From Octopus sinensis (lineage: Eukaryota), in NCBI RefSeq assembly GCF_006345805.1, contig NC_043002.1, positions 62,620,001 to 62,684,000 on the forward strand: a DNA stretch of 64,000 bases, written 5' to 3'. The position numbers and the translations under genes are program-made. The notes under the pieces are model-generated. The model was given only the letters and a program-made list of their open reading frames with translations. It had not been told where the DNA came from and did not search any database. Positions 14,617-26,741 of the stretch are shown in pieces (the stretch's first letter is position 1; each line of letters starts with the position of its first letter).

Positions 14617-15184
14617 AATTAATAAAAGGTCAATATGGGTTATATATCGAATCTTCGATAAATGAGGATTTACGATTAACATTTTTTCAAAGGTTTTACC
14701 ATTACCACCAGCTGTTTGTAATGAGCTTTCGTCGGTTTCGACGAGGAGCTTTCAGATGTTCCACCAACCGACCTCCTACGCGTGAAATAATGTCCAAGTA
14801 AATACATACGCTGTAGATACGTGTAAGGAATTATCGCTTCATTTCCTAAGATTACGAGAGTCAGTTACCCGGATTCCATGGCGTATAATAATCAATATCA
14901 GGACATTTCCCACTTAAACCCCAGGCAATTTTTATCAAACCAGAATATATCGTCTTACCAAAAATGAAATCGTTGAATTATGGGCTCTCTGGACATATGG
15001 AAAATACGGTATGTCAGTGGATAGTATGCCTTTCCTTATAAGCCTTCACGATGAAAGTGAACCGAATGTAGCTAGCAACACTTCAACCATCACCATCACA
15101 GTAATTATGAACACTAAAATCACCAGTGCAGCCATCACCTCGTTCACAATTGCAAAAAGAAGCCCAACCAACAACAGCATTATT

Positions 15185-15590
15185 TATTTCTTTATTGCCC
15201 ACGGGAGGGCTAAACATAGAGGGGAGAAACAAAGACAGACAAAAGGATTAAGTCGATTACATCGACTCCAGTGCGTAACTGGTACTTATTTCATCGACCC
15301 CGAAAGGCAAAGTCGACCTCGGCGGAATTTGAACTCAGAATGTAATGGCAGACGAAATACCTATTTCTTTACTAGCCACAAGGGACTAAACGCAGAGAGA
15401 ACAAACAAGGACATACAAACGGATTAAGTCGATTATATCGACCACAGTGCGTAAATGATACTTAATTTATAGGCCCCGAAAGGATGAAAGGCAAAGTCGA
15501 CCTCGGCAGAATTTGAACTCAGAACGTAACGGCAGACGAACACGGCTACGCATTTCGCCCGGCCTGCTAACGTTTCTGCCAGCTCGTCGC
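15185..15590 (-). mobile_element. family-B SINE, dimeric arrangement
   Basis: Two GGCAAAGTCGACCTCGGC.GAATTTGAACTCAGAA blocks about 200 bp apart, with a single tRNA-like head at the 15590 end. Confidence 0.85.
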
Positions 15591-16596
15591 ATTATTGTGG
15601 AAACCCCTAACCTAACAACAGCTTCACTTGCACATCACTAGCCTTAGGATATCTTGGCCAATGTAGTAATGCCATGGCCATTTCCCTGATGGACTTTCTA
15701 GTTTTTTACCCTTTGTCAAACGTTAAGTGCATCATTTTTTTAATGATTATCATGTTAATCATAAATCTTTTTTTATTCTAATAGATTCTTTTCTCCTGCA
15801 TCTTGTATTTCTTTGGTCTATGATATTCAGTTCCTTAAGTAATCGACTCAGTTTGAATTTGAAGGCTCTCTTTTTTCCTTCTTTATTGTCCTTTACTTTA
15901 CAAATGCCTCAAGCTATACTTCCGAGAAAAATACGATAGAAATAAAAATAAATATCTCTGACGTAAAAAAGATGATTCAGTCACAGCTGAAATGTCTTGA
16001 TCAGAGAGCTAGTAAGAAAGTGCTTGCCTAGGGCTAAACAACAACGTTGTTTACAGCAGTCCTATCACAACAAAATCTAGTCGATCTCTCTACCACTATG
16101 ACCACTCCTGCCTATTGCACCAGTGAACTCCCCTTAATAAGAGAAGCATTAGCAGTGTCGACATCAGACTCATTCTCAACAATCCAGTTAAATTCAGCAA
16201 TAACTACACAGGCAAAACCACCAACAACATTAACAGCAACACATCGGTGAACACCAGACCCATTCTCGACAAACCTATCCCCCCCCACCACCACCACCAC
16301 CGCTACCGCCGCCGCAACATTATCACATACAGCAGCATTGTACAGTTAGTGAGGATATGTTTACAGGTGGCTTTATAGAGGGAATTTAATTATCCCTAAC
16401 AAAACATAGAATTGAGTTCCTTAGTAAATTGATTTTGAAATAGAAAAATTTTCAGCAGCTACATGACGAACAACAACATAGAGATTTTCTTCAAGAAAAG
16501 TGGAAGAACCATAAATAGATATGTGTATGTAATTATATACATATATACACACATCCACCAATCCATCCATCCAGCCATTCATCCTTCCATAGATAT

Positions 16597-16654
<58 letters not shown>

Positions 16655-16660
16655 TATATG

Positions 16661-17000
16661 AAGGCGCATGGCTCAGTGGTTAGAGCGTCGAACTTACGAC
16701 CGTGTCATTGTGAGTTCGAATCCCGGACCGGGCTGCGTGTTGTGTTCATGAGCAAGACACTTTATTTCACATTGCTCCAGTTTACTCAGCTGTAGAAATG
16801 AGTTGCGACTTCACAGGTGCCAAGCTGTATTGGCCCCTTTGCCTTTCCCTTGGATAACATCAGTGGTGTGGAGAGAGGAGGCTGGTATGCATGGGCGACT
16901 GCTGGTCTTCCATAAACAAGCTTGCCCGGACTTGTGCCTCGGAGGGTAACTTTCTAGGTGCAATCCCATGGTCATTTGCAACTGAAGGGGGGGGGTCTCG
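16661..17000 (+). mobile_element. tRNA-derived SINE, family C (full length)
   Basis: A box TGGCTCAGTGG, B box GAGTTCGAATCC, ATGAGCAAGACACTTTATTTCAC central domain. Homolog at 23376-23711. Confidence 0.9.
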
Positions 17001-17015
17001 ATCATATATATATAT

Positions 17016-17074
<59 letters not shown>

Positions 17075-17366
17075 TATATACATATATACATACATATATA
17101 TATATATACACATATATATATACATATATATATACATATATATATTACATATACATATACATATATATATATACATATACATAATATATATATATATATA
17201 TTAGTTATCGCCATACTAATATGGCATTCTTATAAAAATAAGAATAAAGCTGACCACTTATTAGCTCCATGAGGCCATCGCCTTAAGTTAGCTATTTGAT
17301 ACACAAACTGTATCCATATAACCTTTGAACAAGGGAGGTCAGTCGTTCCACACTACTTGGCCGGCA

Positions 17367-17408
17367 GCTACAGACGCGTTTCGGGGTATTGCCCCTTTTC
17401 AATGCAGC
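17367..17408 (-). ncRNA. minimal type I hammerhead ribozyme motif (U3:A8 covariant)
   Basis: Minus strand reads GCTGCA-TTGAAAA-GGGG caata CCCC-GAAA-CGCG-TC-TGTAGC. Stem I is 6 bp (one G-U), stem II is 4 G-C pairs, stem III is the palindrome ACGCGT, cleavage site UC. Confidence 0.8.
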
Positions 17409-17504
17409 GTAGCCAAACCAGTAGGTGTCGCTTCCGACAATCTCTGTTCAAAGGTTTTATTTACCTAGCTTCGGTGGAATACATCCACTTGTTTTCAATA
17501 ATAG

Positions 17505-17606
17505 AAATATTAAAATTACTAAGTCTCTCTAAAAGAGAACAACGGCAGCGTTCCCGGGAACGCTGCCGTTGTTCTCTTTTAGAGAGACTTAGTAATTTTA
17601 ATATTT
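17505..17606. repeat. perfect 102-bp palindrome (51-bp arms, no loop)
   Basis: Checked base by base around the centre TTCCC|GGGAA (17555/17556). Confidence 0.97.
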
Positions 17607-17627
17607 ATATATATATATAATATTATA

Positions 17628-17674
<47 letters not shown>

Positions 17675-18904
17675 CATACCCATATATACATATATGCATC
17701 ATATACTTATATAGCTGTGTATATACATATATCTATTACTCTTTCACTTATATGGTTATATGTGTGTGTGTGTTTGGGCGTTAGTCTGTGTGTTTGGGCG
17801 TGTGTGTGTGTACGTGTATAGGTATATGAAGTTGGGTAAATTAATACCTGCTTACCTAAGTAAATTTAGTGAAAGATAGAGAAATAGAGAGACAAATGAA
17901 CAAATGGATGAGAATAAGAGAAACCGATAGCGGTAGGGCAAGGGAGAGAGAGAGAGAGAGAGAAAGGAAGAGAGTGAGAGACAGACAGACAAAAGCAGAG
18001 AGAGGGGGGAGAGGGGGTAGAAGAAGGAAGAAAAACATTTCTTATTTAGCTTTGAAGGACTCAAACATGCGATGCTATAGCAATACTCTTGAAGCTTGGA
18101 GATTCCCCCACTTCGTTCAATGAACTGACTAAAGTATTTCTTAATATCAATTCTGATTGTTTTGTTTTCATCGTCATTGTATGTACACAGAAGAGCTTGC
18201 TTAGACACAGTCGCACAAAACAAGAGCGCACATTCATATACAAATGGATAACTATGGTGTTACTAACACATTACACACGCCGCAAACGATAACGCGTACT
18301 AACACTTTATAGATTGTCATACACTATATTCGGGCTTCTAAATACCTTTGAATATACAAACACACTAGCATACAGACACACACAAAAGCAGACACTCACT
18401 GACACAAACACATAAATCACGTTTCTATCTCTCTCTCTCTCTCTCTCTCTCCTCTCCTCTCTCTCTTCTCTCTCTCTCTCCCTCTCTCTCTCTCTCTCTG
18501 TATATATATATATATATTATAATATATATATATATATAATATATATATATATTATATTATATATATATTTATATATATATATTTTAATATATATTTATAT
18601 ATATATAATTTATATTATATATTTATATAATATTGTTATTGTATGTATGTATGTGTGTGTGACCTTTATTAAATTTACGGTAGCAGAAGAAACACGCATG
18701 CAATCTACACATGAATATGTGTGCGCATGCGTATGTGCGCGCTCTAGCGTGTTATCCTATAAGTATATTGTTCTAGAGCCCTCCGGATTTGTAAATTAAA
18801 TGCATTCCCAGAGCATACATAACAGATACAGAGATATACATACATACATACATACATACATATAGAACACAAATACAAACAACAAACGTAGTACATTCAC
18901 TAAG

Positions 18905-19053
18905 ACTGTCTCGCATGCAAAAATATACGTTTGTGTTTGTGTGTGTATATACACACGAATATATATATATGTATATATATATAATATATACGTATATTTA
19001 CATGTATATATGTTCGTCTACATGTAAGTACCTTGTATATATATATATAATAT

Positions 19054-19103
<50 letters not shown>

Positions 19104-19588
19104 CATACATATATATACATATATACATACATACATACATACATATATACATACATACACATACATGCATACATAAATACATACAGACATACAAACATAC
19201 AAATATACATACATACATACATACATATATACATACATATATATATACATACATACATACATATATACATACATACATACATACATATATATATATACAT
19301 ACATACATACATATATACATACATACATACATACATATATATATATACATACATACATATATATATATATACATATATATACATACATACATACATATAT
19401 ATATATATACATACATACATATATATATATATACATATATATACATACATATATATATATACATATATATACATACATACATATATATATACATACATAT
19501 ATATATATATACATACATATATATATATACATACATACATATATATTTATACATACAATATATATTTATACATACATATATATTTATC

Positions 19589-19680
<92 letters not shown>
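18905..19680. repeat. (TA)n/(TACA)n microsatellite
   Basis: Direct reading. The 180-255-aa ORFs over it are artefacts. Confidence 0.95.
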
Positions 19681-19683
<3 letters not shown>

Positions 19684-20039
19684 TATATAATAATGTTTAT
19701 ATACGTATATATTTCTATTGCCTCCTACTTGTTTTGTATTGATATATTTGGCTGTTGCTCGAGTCTTTGTTTCTTGTAATTCGTGATAACATGACTAAAG
19801 ACGTCCGTTGTCTAAAACAATGCGTGAATGAAAGCGATTGTTGCTTATACAGCTAGCATTCTACACATCTTGAATATCATAACAATTATCTACATTCACG
19901 AACAGCTGGATTCTACTTGAAAAAAATCAAGAAAAAGAAAAGGCCATGTTGATTTCCTGGCATTACTGGCTTCCATTATCACCTCGCCCTTAGCGCTATT
20001 TAGAATCGACATCGTTGTCGTTGTCTTAATAAGCAGCAG

Positions 20040-20410
20040 CAGCAGCAGGAAGATCAGAAAAATCATTATCATCTTCATCATCAATTTCATTATCTATCAT
20101 CGTCATTGTCGCTGTCAATGTTGCTTTTCACTCCGCTCGATCACGATCATCCTCATTATTATCATCGTCATCATCATCGTCGTCATCACCGTTAGTACTG
20201 CTGCCGCCACCGACGCCACCACCACTACCACCACCACTGTTCTCTTCCTCCTCCTCATCATCATCATCATTATGATCGTCATCGGCATTGTCACGGTCAT
20301 CTTCGTTGTTATTGGTGTTGTTGCCATTGCTTTCATCATCATCGTCGTCGTCGTCGTCATTTGTCATCATCGACATCATCATCACCATGGTCATCGCCTT
20401 GTCGTCGTCG
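20040..20410. repeat. compound trinucleotide microsatellite (CAT/CGT/CAC/CCT)
   Basis: Direct reading. Confidence 0.85.
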
Positions 20411-20771
20411 TGTGATTACTGGGCAGTCTGTTTTTCTCTCTATCCTTTATTGGGTGCAAGGTACTGAAGACGGATACGTGACTCATTAATCTTAGAAGCC
20501 AAATAAAGTACTCGAGTCAATGTGAACTTTTTTCAGTCACGTGATAAGATACGGTTCCACACAAGCATATACTCCTCCGTCAAATTACCGCTGGTCACAC
20601 TGACTTTACTCACAATAGTCATGTATTGAGATGGATGAGGCATGTCGTGGCCATTTCCTCTCATGATTTTTCCCCGAAAGCTCCTTTAACCATATTATTA
20701 CCATCTTCCTCGAGACCTCTCTGATTCTATGATCCTTTCTTTCCGTTTTAAAGTCTAAATAATCATTTCTA

Positions 20772-21575
20772 TTATAGGCACAGAGCCTGAAATTCAATTA
20801 CATCGACCTTATTTTTTAACTGGTACTTAATTTATCGACCCTGAAAGGATGAAAGGTAAAGTTGACCTCGGTGGAATTTGAACTCAGAACGTTTCGGATG
20901 ACGAAATAACGCTAAAAATTTCGCCCGGCGTGCTAACGATTCTTATTTCTGTATTGCCCACAAGAACATTATGTCGATTACATCGACCCCAGTGCGTAAC
21001 TGGTACTTAATTTATCAATCCCGAAAGAATGAAAGGCAAACTCGACCTCGGCGGAATTTGAACTCAAAACGTATCGGCTGACGAAATGACGTTAAAAATT
21101 TCGCCCGGCGTGCTAACGATTCTACCAGTTCGCTGCCTATAAGTCAACTGAATAATAACCGTTCGTCAAAATTTCATTTCTATTTCATGCTCCAAACATC
21201 AGTTTGATAGTCCCTTCGAATCGTTTCTATTAAAAGCACAAGACCTGAAGAGTAGTCTATTCCAAAACTCCTAGCACTCAACTACTGCTTATTTTATCGA
21301 CCCCGAAAGGATGAAAGGCCAAGTCGACGTCGACGGGATTTTAGTCAAGAGCCGCAAAAACCTTGCTAAGCATTTTGTACCGCGGGCTTATAATTCTGCC
21401 AGCTCGTTGACTTTAATTCTTTTTACAATACGCACAAGGACCGAAATTTTGGGGGAAGGGAATAGTCGACTATATCGAGCCCAGTGCTTAACTAGTATTC
21501 ATTTTATCGTCCTCGAACGGATACAAAGTAAAGTCGACCTCAGCGAAACTGGAATTCAGAAAGCAAAGCGGAAAT
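20772..21575 (-). mobile_element. cluster of about 4 family-B SINE copies/fragments
   Basis: Repeated GAAAGGATGAAAGG.AAAGTCGACCTC..GAATTTGAACTCA blocks at about 20845, 21025, 21305 and 21530. Confidence 0.8.
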
Positions 21576-21584
21576 AGATGCTGC

Positions 21585-21744
21585 TACATTATTTATATTT
21601 GACGGATATTTCTCCTCATCCCGTTTGTTGTTAACAACGTTTCGGCTGATATACCCTCCAGCCTTCATCAGGTGCCTTGGTGGAAATTTCGAACCTGGGT
21701 TCTCATTCCTAAGGTATTTTTCGATGTTATTATTATTATTATTA

Positions 21745-21813
<69 letters not shown>

Positions 21814-21890
21814 TCACTGCTTGGAATCAAACTCGGAATCTTGGGGTTAGTAGTTCGCGCTCTTAACCACTACGCTATATGCCCGTGGGC
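21585..21890 (-). mobile_element. tRNA-headed SINE, family E, with internal (AAT)n and a 3' hammerhead-like motif
   Basis: Minus strand: A box TAGCGTAGTGG, B-box-like GAGTTTGATTCC, (AAT)n, then GGCAC-CTGATGA-A-GGCTG..CAGCC-GAAA-CG-TT. Second copy at 43586-43836. Confidence 0.8.
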
Positions 21891-22371
21891 TTGCTAAACA
21901 TTTTATCCGGTGCGGTAACGATTCTGACAGCTCGTTGCCTCATCGCCTGCTTAACAAAGACAAAATGCTTTACGAATTCTTTTTTTCCTTTTATTTTCAA
22001 ACTTAAACCCTTTTTCTTTTCTATCTCCTGTCCAAGCTTGATAAACACGTTCCTCACCACGACCTCGTTTAGGTTTAGCAGCCCTTCCTGTTTGTTTTCA
22101 GCGTCCTGTTTGTGTTAGCAATTTTGACCCTCCGCAAAATCCCAAATTTTATTTAATGTGCATTTATCGAAAGCGTATATTGTTGTTAAATGCTCGAAAT
22201 ACGAGAGTAGAAAAATTGTCAACAACTGATGAAGGGTCCTTCTTTATTTTGTTTTTCTTGTTTTCCATTTGTGTCGTTCGTTGTTCGAAAAAATAGTTCA
22301 TATTCCATTCACTGGTACTTCGTATTTTTTGTTGTTATACACGTTTCGTGACATCCTGTACCCACATATGC

Positions 22372-22416
<45 letters not shown>

Positions 22417-22426
22417 CTATATATAT

Positions 22427-22721
22427 GGGTAAAACGGTAAGATAACAGAAGAAAGAAAGAGACCTCAATATTATGTAAATAGAGGAAATTTATCTATACA
22501 ATAATATGTTACATTACTCATAGTCAAGATAAAACTCTGAGTTTCAGATGCCGAAGTGGGAATCCACGACAATTCTTCAGTTATTTGGCTATTGAAAACG
22601 CGTTGAAATAGCGTTTTCAAATAGCCAGATAACGAAGAGATGTCGTGGATTCCCACTTCGGCATCTCAACTCAGAGTTTTATCTTGACTATTGAGTAATG
22701 TAACATATTATTGTATAGATA
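22427..22721 (-). mobile_element. HHR-bearing fold-back insert in (TA)n
   Basis: Imperfect inverted repeat at 22491-22721 (arms ~110 bp, loop ~9 nt); bounded by (TA)n. Confidence 0.75.
22529..22584 (-). ncRNA. type I hammerhead ribozyme motif (partly degenerate)
   Basis: ATAA-CTGAAGA-ATTGTCG tggattcccactt CGGCATCT-GAAA-CTCAGAG-TT-TTAT. The mirror arm keeps the better stems (AGATAA, GATGTCG) but has core lesions. Confidence 0.65.
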
Positions 22722-22876
22722 TATTATATATGTATATATAGATATATATAGATATATATATATATAGATACACGCATAGATGTAAGTATGCACATATACG
22801 TATGTATATATTCATATATATATATATATAGTATAACACATAGATGAAGTATGCACATATACGTATGTATATATTC

Positions 22877-22907
<31 letters not shown>

Positions 22908-23375
22908 TATTATATATATTATATATATATATATGCATACATATATATCAAGAGGAATGAGAGAACGAGAGAGAGACAGACATACAGAGATACAGAGCAA
23001 CATAGGTATATAGATAGATTCACCTCTACCTGAAAATGTATGCATATCTTTCTATGTGTGCGTGTGTGTTTGTGCGTGTTTATATGTGTGTGTGTGTGTG
23101 TGTGTAGACAGTAGTACTTACACATATGTACTCAAAACGCACACACAATCGCACACACACGCGCGCACATATACACTTCAGCACCCATTTCCTGTTTCTC
23201 TATGCATGTGTGTACATAGTCATATCTTACCGTAAACCACAATGTCACCAGTTCTATTTCTACAAAACTTCAAGTGTACTTACCTGAAATAAAAGAAAAA
23301 ATATAATTAGTAATCAAATAAAAATAACAACAACAAGAATAAAAACACCAATAATATCATGTTATTAACACATGC

Positions 23376-23711
23376 GAAGGTGCATAGCTCAGTGTTTAGA
23401 GAGTTAGGGCTTACACTCATGAGTTCGAGTCATTCACCGGGCTGTGTGCTGTGTTCTTGAGCAAGACACTTTATTTCACCTTGCTCCAGTTCACTCAGCT
23501 ATAGAGTTGCGACGTCACTGGTGCCAAGCTGTATCGGCCCCTTTGCCTTTTCCTTGGGTAACATCGGTAACATCGTGGAGAGGGGTGGCATGATATGGAT
23601 GGGCGTCTGTTGGTCATCAATTAGCAACATTGCCCGGGCTTGTGCCTAGGAAGGTAACTTCCTAGGTGCAATCCCATTATCATCTATAACCGGAAAGGCG
23701 TCTTTACCTTT
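23376..23711 (+). mobile_element. tRNA-derived SINE, family C
   Basis: Collinear with 16661-17000 (TTGAGCAAGACACTTTATTTCAC; GGTGCCAAGCTGTATCGGCCCC; CTAGGTGCAATCCCA). Confidence 0.85.
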
Positions 23712-23714
23712 ATT

Positions 23715-23878
23715 TTAGTCATGCTGGGGCCTCGCCTAGCTGAACAAATCCATACAGGAATCTACTTTCAAAACATGGTATTCATTCTATTGGTATATTT
23801 AGTCGAAATGTTTCGTTATTGGCATGTAAACAAAACCAACTCTAGGTACCAAGCAGTGGTGGAGGACAAACACATATG
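23715..23878 (-). mobile_element. degenerate family-A SINE 3' half
   Basis: CATGCTGGGG.., ATTCTATTGG.., AAGCAGTGGTGGAGGACAAACAC match the reverse complement of the family-A tail. Confidence 0.5.
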
Positions 23879-24071
23879 CAATGATTCACACACACACAAA
23901 CACATGCAAGTATAATATAGTTCAAATTTGTAGAAAAACAAAGGAAGAGATATGTTGGAACAACAAGCAAGTGTCTTTGTTTGACGCTCGGGGAAAATGG
24001 AAAAAGCTTTTACGTTCGAGTCTACGCTCTTCGACAGAAAGAAATGAGAAAATAGAGAGAGAATATACTCG

Positions 24072-24151
<80 letters not shown>

Positions 24152-24153
<2 letters not shown>

Positions 24154-24342
24154 TGCAGCGTGGAAGGTGTTTAAAAAGCGACGAAAATATTTTGGCAAAT
24201 TAAATTTAAATGTTGAAGTGAATCTAACGGTTTTTGTTTGTTTCTTAAATGGCTGATAAACACCTTCCACGCTGCAATAGTTTTCGTTCTAGCACACGAT
24301 CTCAAATCAGGTAGCTTGCTATGCAAGTACATCTCCGTAATA
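24152..24342 (+). mobile_element. short insert next to (TA)n with a 22-bp terminal inverted duplication
   Basis: ATTGCAGCGTGGAAGGTGTTTA (24152-24173) is the exact reverse complement of 24257-24278. Confidence 0.6.
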
Positions 24343-24780
24343 GATAAATATATGTGTGTGTGTGTGCGTGTGTGTGTGTATGCGGCAGGCTTCTTTCAGG
24401 TTTCATCAATCTAATCTACTTATAAGTTTTGGTCGACCAGGGGACCCGGGGCAATATAGAAGAAGATACTCATAACTTAGAAAAAAAAGGCACACAGTGG
24501 AATTGAACCTTAAGATGTGTGTGTGCGTGTGTGTGTGTGTGTGCGTGTGTGTGTATATGTGTGTGTGTGTATGTGTGTGTGTGCGTGCCTGCGTATATAG
24601 GCACCTGCTCTCTCAAACTTTTTGGAAGCAACTATTTACTACACAACCATGCCCGTGCTTACTCATACATAGATACATAATACATACATACATACATGCA
24701 TGCATACATACATATAACACAAATACACAAACACACATATATAATTCAAACATACATAGATACATACGTACTTATATATG

Positions 24781-25200
24781 TGTGTGTGTGTATGTGATTG
24801 TAAATGGGTTTCTCTCTGTGTATATATTAATGAATATGTAAGTGTACGTAAATGTTTGTGAGTGTGTGTGTGTTTGTAATTTGTGTATCTATGGGCATAT
24901 ACACAAGAAAGCGCACCCAGACATGTGGATATATATGTTGGTGAGTTTGTATATGCCTTTGTTTGTGTATGTATATATATATATATGTGTGTGTGTGTAT
25001 GTGATTGTAAATGGGTTTCTCTCTGTGTATATTAATGAATATGTAAGTGTACGTAAATGTTTGTGAGTGTGTGTGTGTTGTAATTTGTGTATCTATGGGC
25101 ATATACACAAGAAAGCGCACCCAGACATGTGGATATATATGTTGGTGAGTTTGTATATGCCTTTGTTTGTGTATGTATATATATATATATGTGTGTGTGT
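24781..25200. repeat. tandem duplication, 2 x ~207 bp
   Basis: TATGTGATTGTAAATGGG.. starts at 24791 and again at 24998; the copies are nearly identical. Confidence 0.9.
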
Positions 25201-26573
25201 GTGTGAGTTTGCGTATGTGTGTGGGAGCGTGTGTATCTGGTGGCGCATCTGTTCCTCCTTATATATCCTATCTTCTCCGTTTCCATTTGTTTCAGCAAAA
25301 TGCAACCACGTGATCCTTGCATTGTACAAATGCACCTGGCAACTTTTCTTCATGCAACTTTTGAATTCCTTAATTAGTTTTTTAATGTTCCTTAATTTAG
25401 TTTTGCTCATGCTGTTCCTGCACAGTTTTTTTTCTGTCGTTGTTGAAGTCGATGTTGCTGCCATTGCTTCTTGTTGTAATTCTTGTTGTTGATGTTATAT
25501 TATTATCAGTTTAACTGACACTTTTGTCTTTCCTTATTCACTTCCTCCTTCGCTTCCCCCATCTTCACCGCCGCCATATCCGCATCATCATATTTATTTA
25601 TTCGTTCTCTATTACCTCTGTGCACGCTTCCTCTTGTTTTCTTTTTTCGAAATGTTTCTATAAAATTCACTTTGCTTCTTTTTGTGTTATTGACAATGAT
25701 GACTATAATTACGATAAAGACCATGATGACGATGATGATGATGATGATGATGATGAAGATGACGATGGCAGAGATATTGCAGCATCATTTAGTACTGTTA
25801 CTCTCATCATTATAAATATCATCCCAACAGCAGTAAACATCATTCCAGCACAATTATTAATGGAAACATCGACATATTTATAAATATGTACTCACCAGAC
25901 ACACAGACGTACAATCTATGACTCTCTTTTATTCTCGTGTATACAGTCACTTTCTCTCTCTCACACACACACGCACATTCATATATTTATAAAGACAGGC
26001 AGTCATAATTTGTAAAAAAAATAGTCTTTAGAGCAGTTGGAAACTCAACAGAAGCAGCAGAAGTATGAGTAGCTTTCAAGTGACATGGCAAATTCCTGCA
26101 ACAAGCTAAAGTGAAGAACGATGTTTGTAGCTGGTAGATGCAAACTTGAAACAAACAAACAAAAAAAAAAAGGAATCATTAAATATAGCCGCCCAGGTAC
26201 AAGGTATTTAGACGAATTTGATAAATGCAAATGAGGAATAAATCTCAGAGAGCAAATGTTGAAGCTTTGGGAAAGGAAACGAAAATATTATCCATCTCTT
26301 AAGTAAATGCTGTTAGGAGGTACAAAAAGAATATTATAACATATGTTACTCCGTCGCGAAAATAGTGCATTGGGAGGTTAGAAGAGTCTGGATTTAAACT
26401 AGGAGAAAAGTTGTATATCTTTATAATTCTACTCGAGAGAAAAAAGCTTATTTTCCTGTATACACACACACACACACACACAGAGTAAATATTAGTGCAT
26501 TGATGTACCACTATCCTATATTTATACTCTAACAAAGGATGCTAAATAGAATAACTCTTTTATTCTTGTACTT

Positions 26574-26710
26574 CTTTCAGTCGTTTCACTGCGACTCTTT
26601 TGTAGAACCGTTAAGTTACCGGAATTTAAACACAGCAACATCGGTTGTCAATCGATGGTGGGGGACAAACACAGACACACACACACACACTCACTCACAC
26701 ACACATATAC

Positions 26711-26741
<31 letters not shown>

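Larger units (their letters stand above)
17201..17606 (-). mobile_element. short HHR-bearing insert in (TA)n (PLE pseudo-LTR-like remnant) with terminal palindrome
   Basis: Unique ~400-bp sequence bounded by (TA)n on both sides; contains an HHR motif and a 102-bp perfect palindrome. Confidence 0.7.

Noticed and set aside
14718-14756. Half hammerhead on the minus strand (GTCG aaac CGAC-GAAA-GC-TC-ATTAC)
   Set aside because: No CTGANGA directly before stem II and no stem I partner; cannot be called.
16661-16735. tRNA genes at SINE heads (also 21815-21885, 43765-43836, 55390-55460)
   Set aside because: They have A/B boxes but no complete cloverleaf or acceptor stem, and each continues into a repeated SINE body.
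17505-17606. CRISPR array or Rho-independent terminator interpretation of palindromes and repeats
   Set aside because: Eukaryotic context; no repeat-spacer periodicity and no cas genes.
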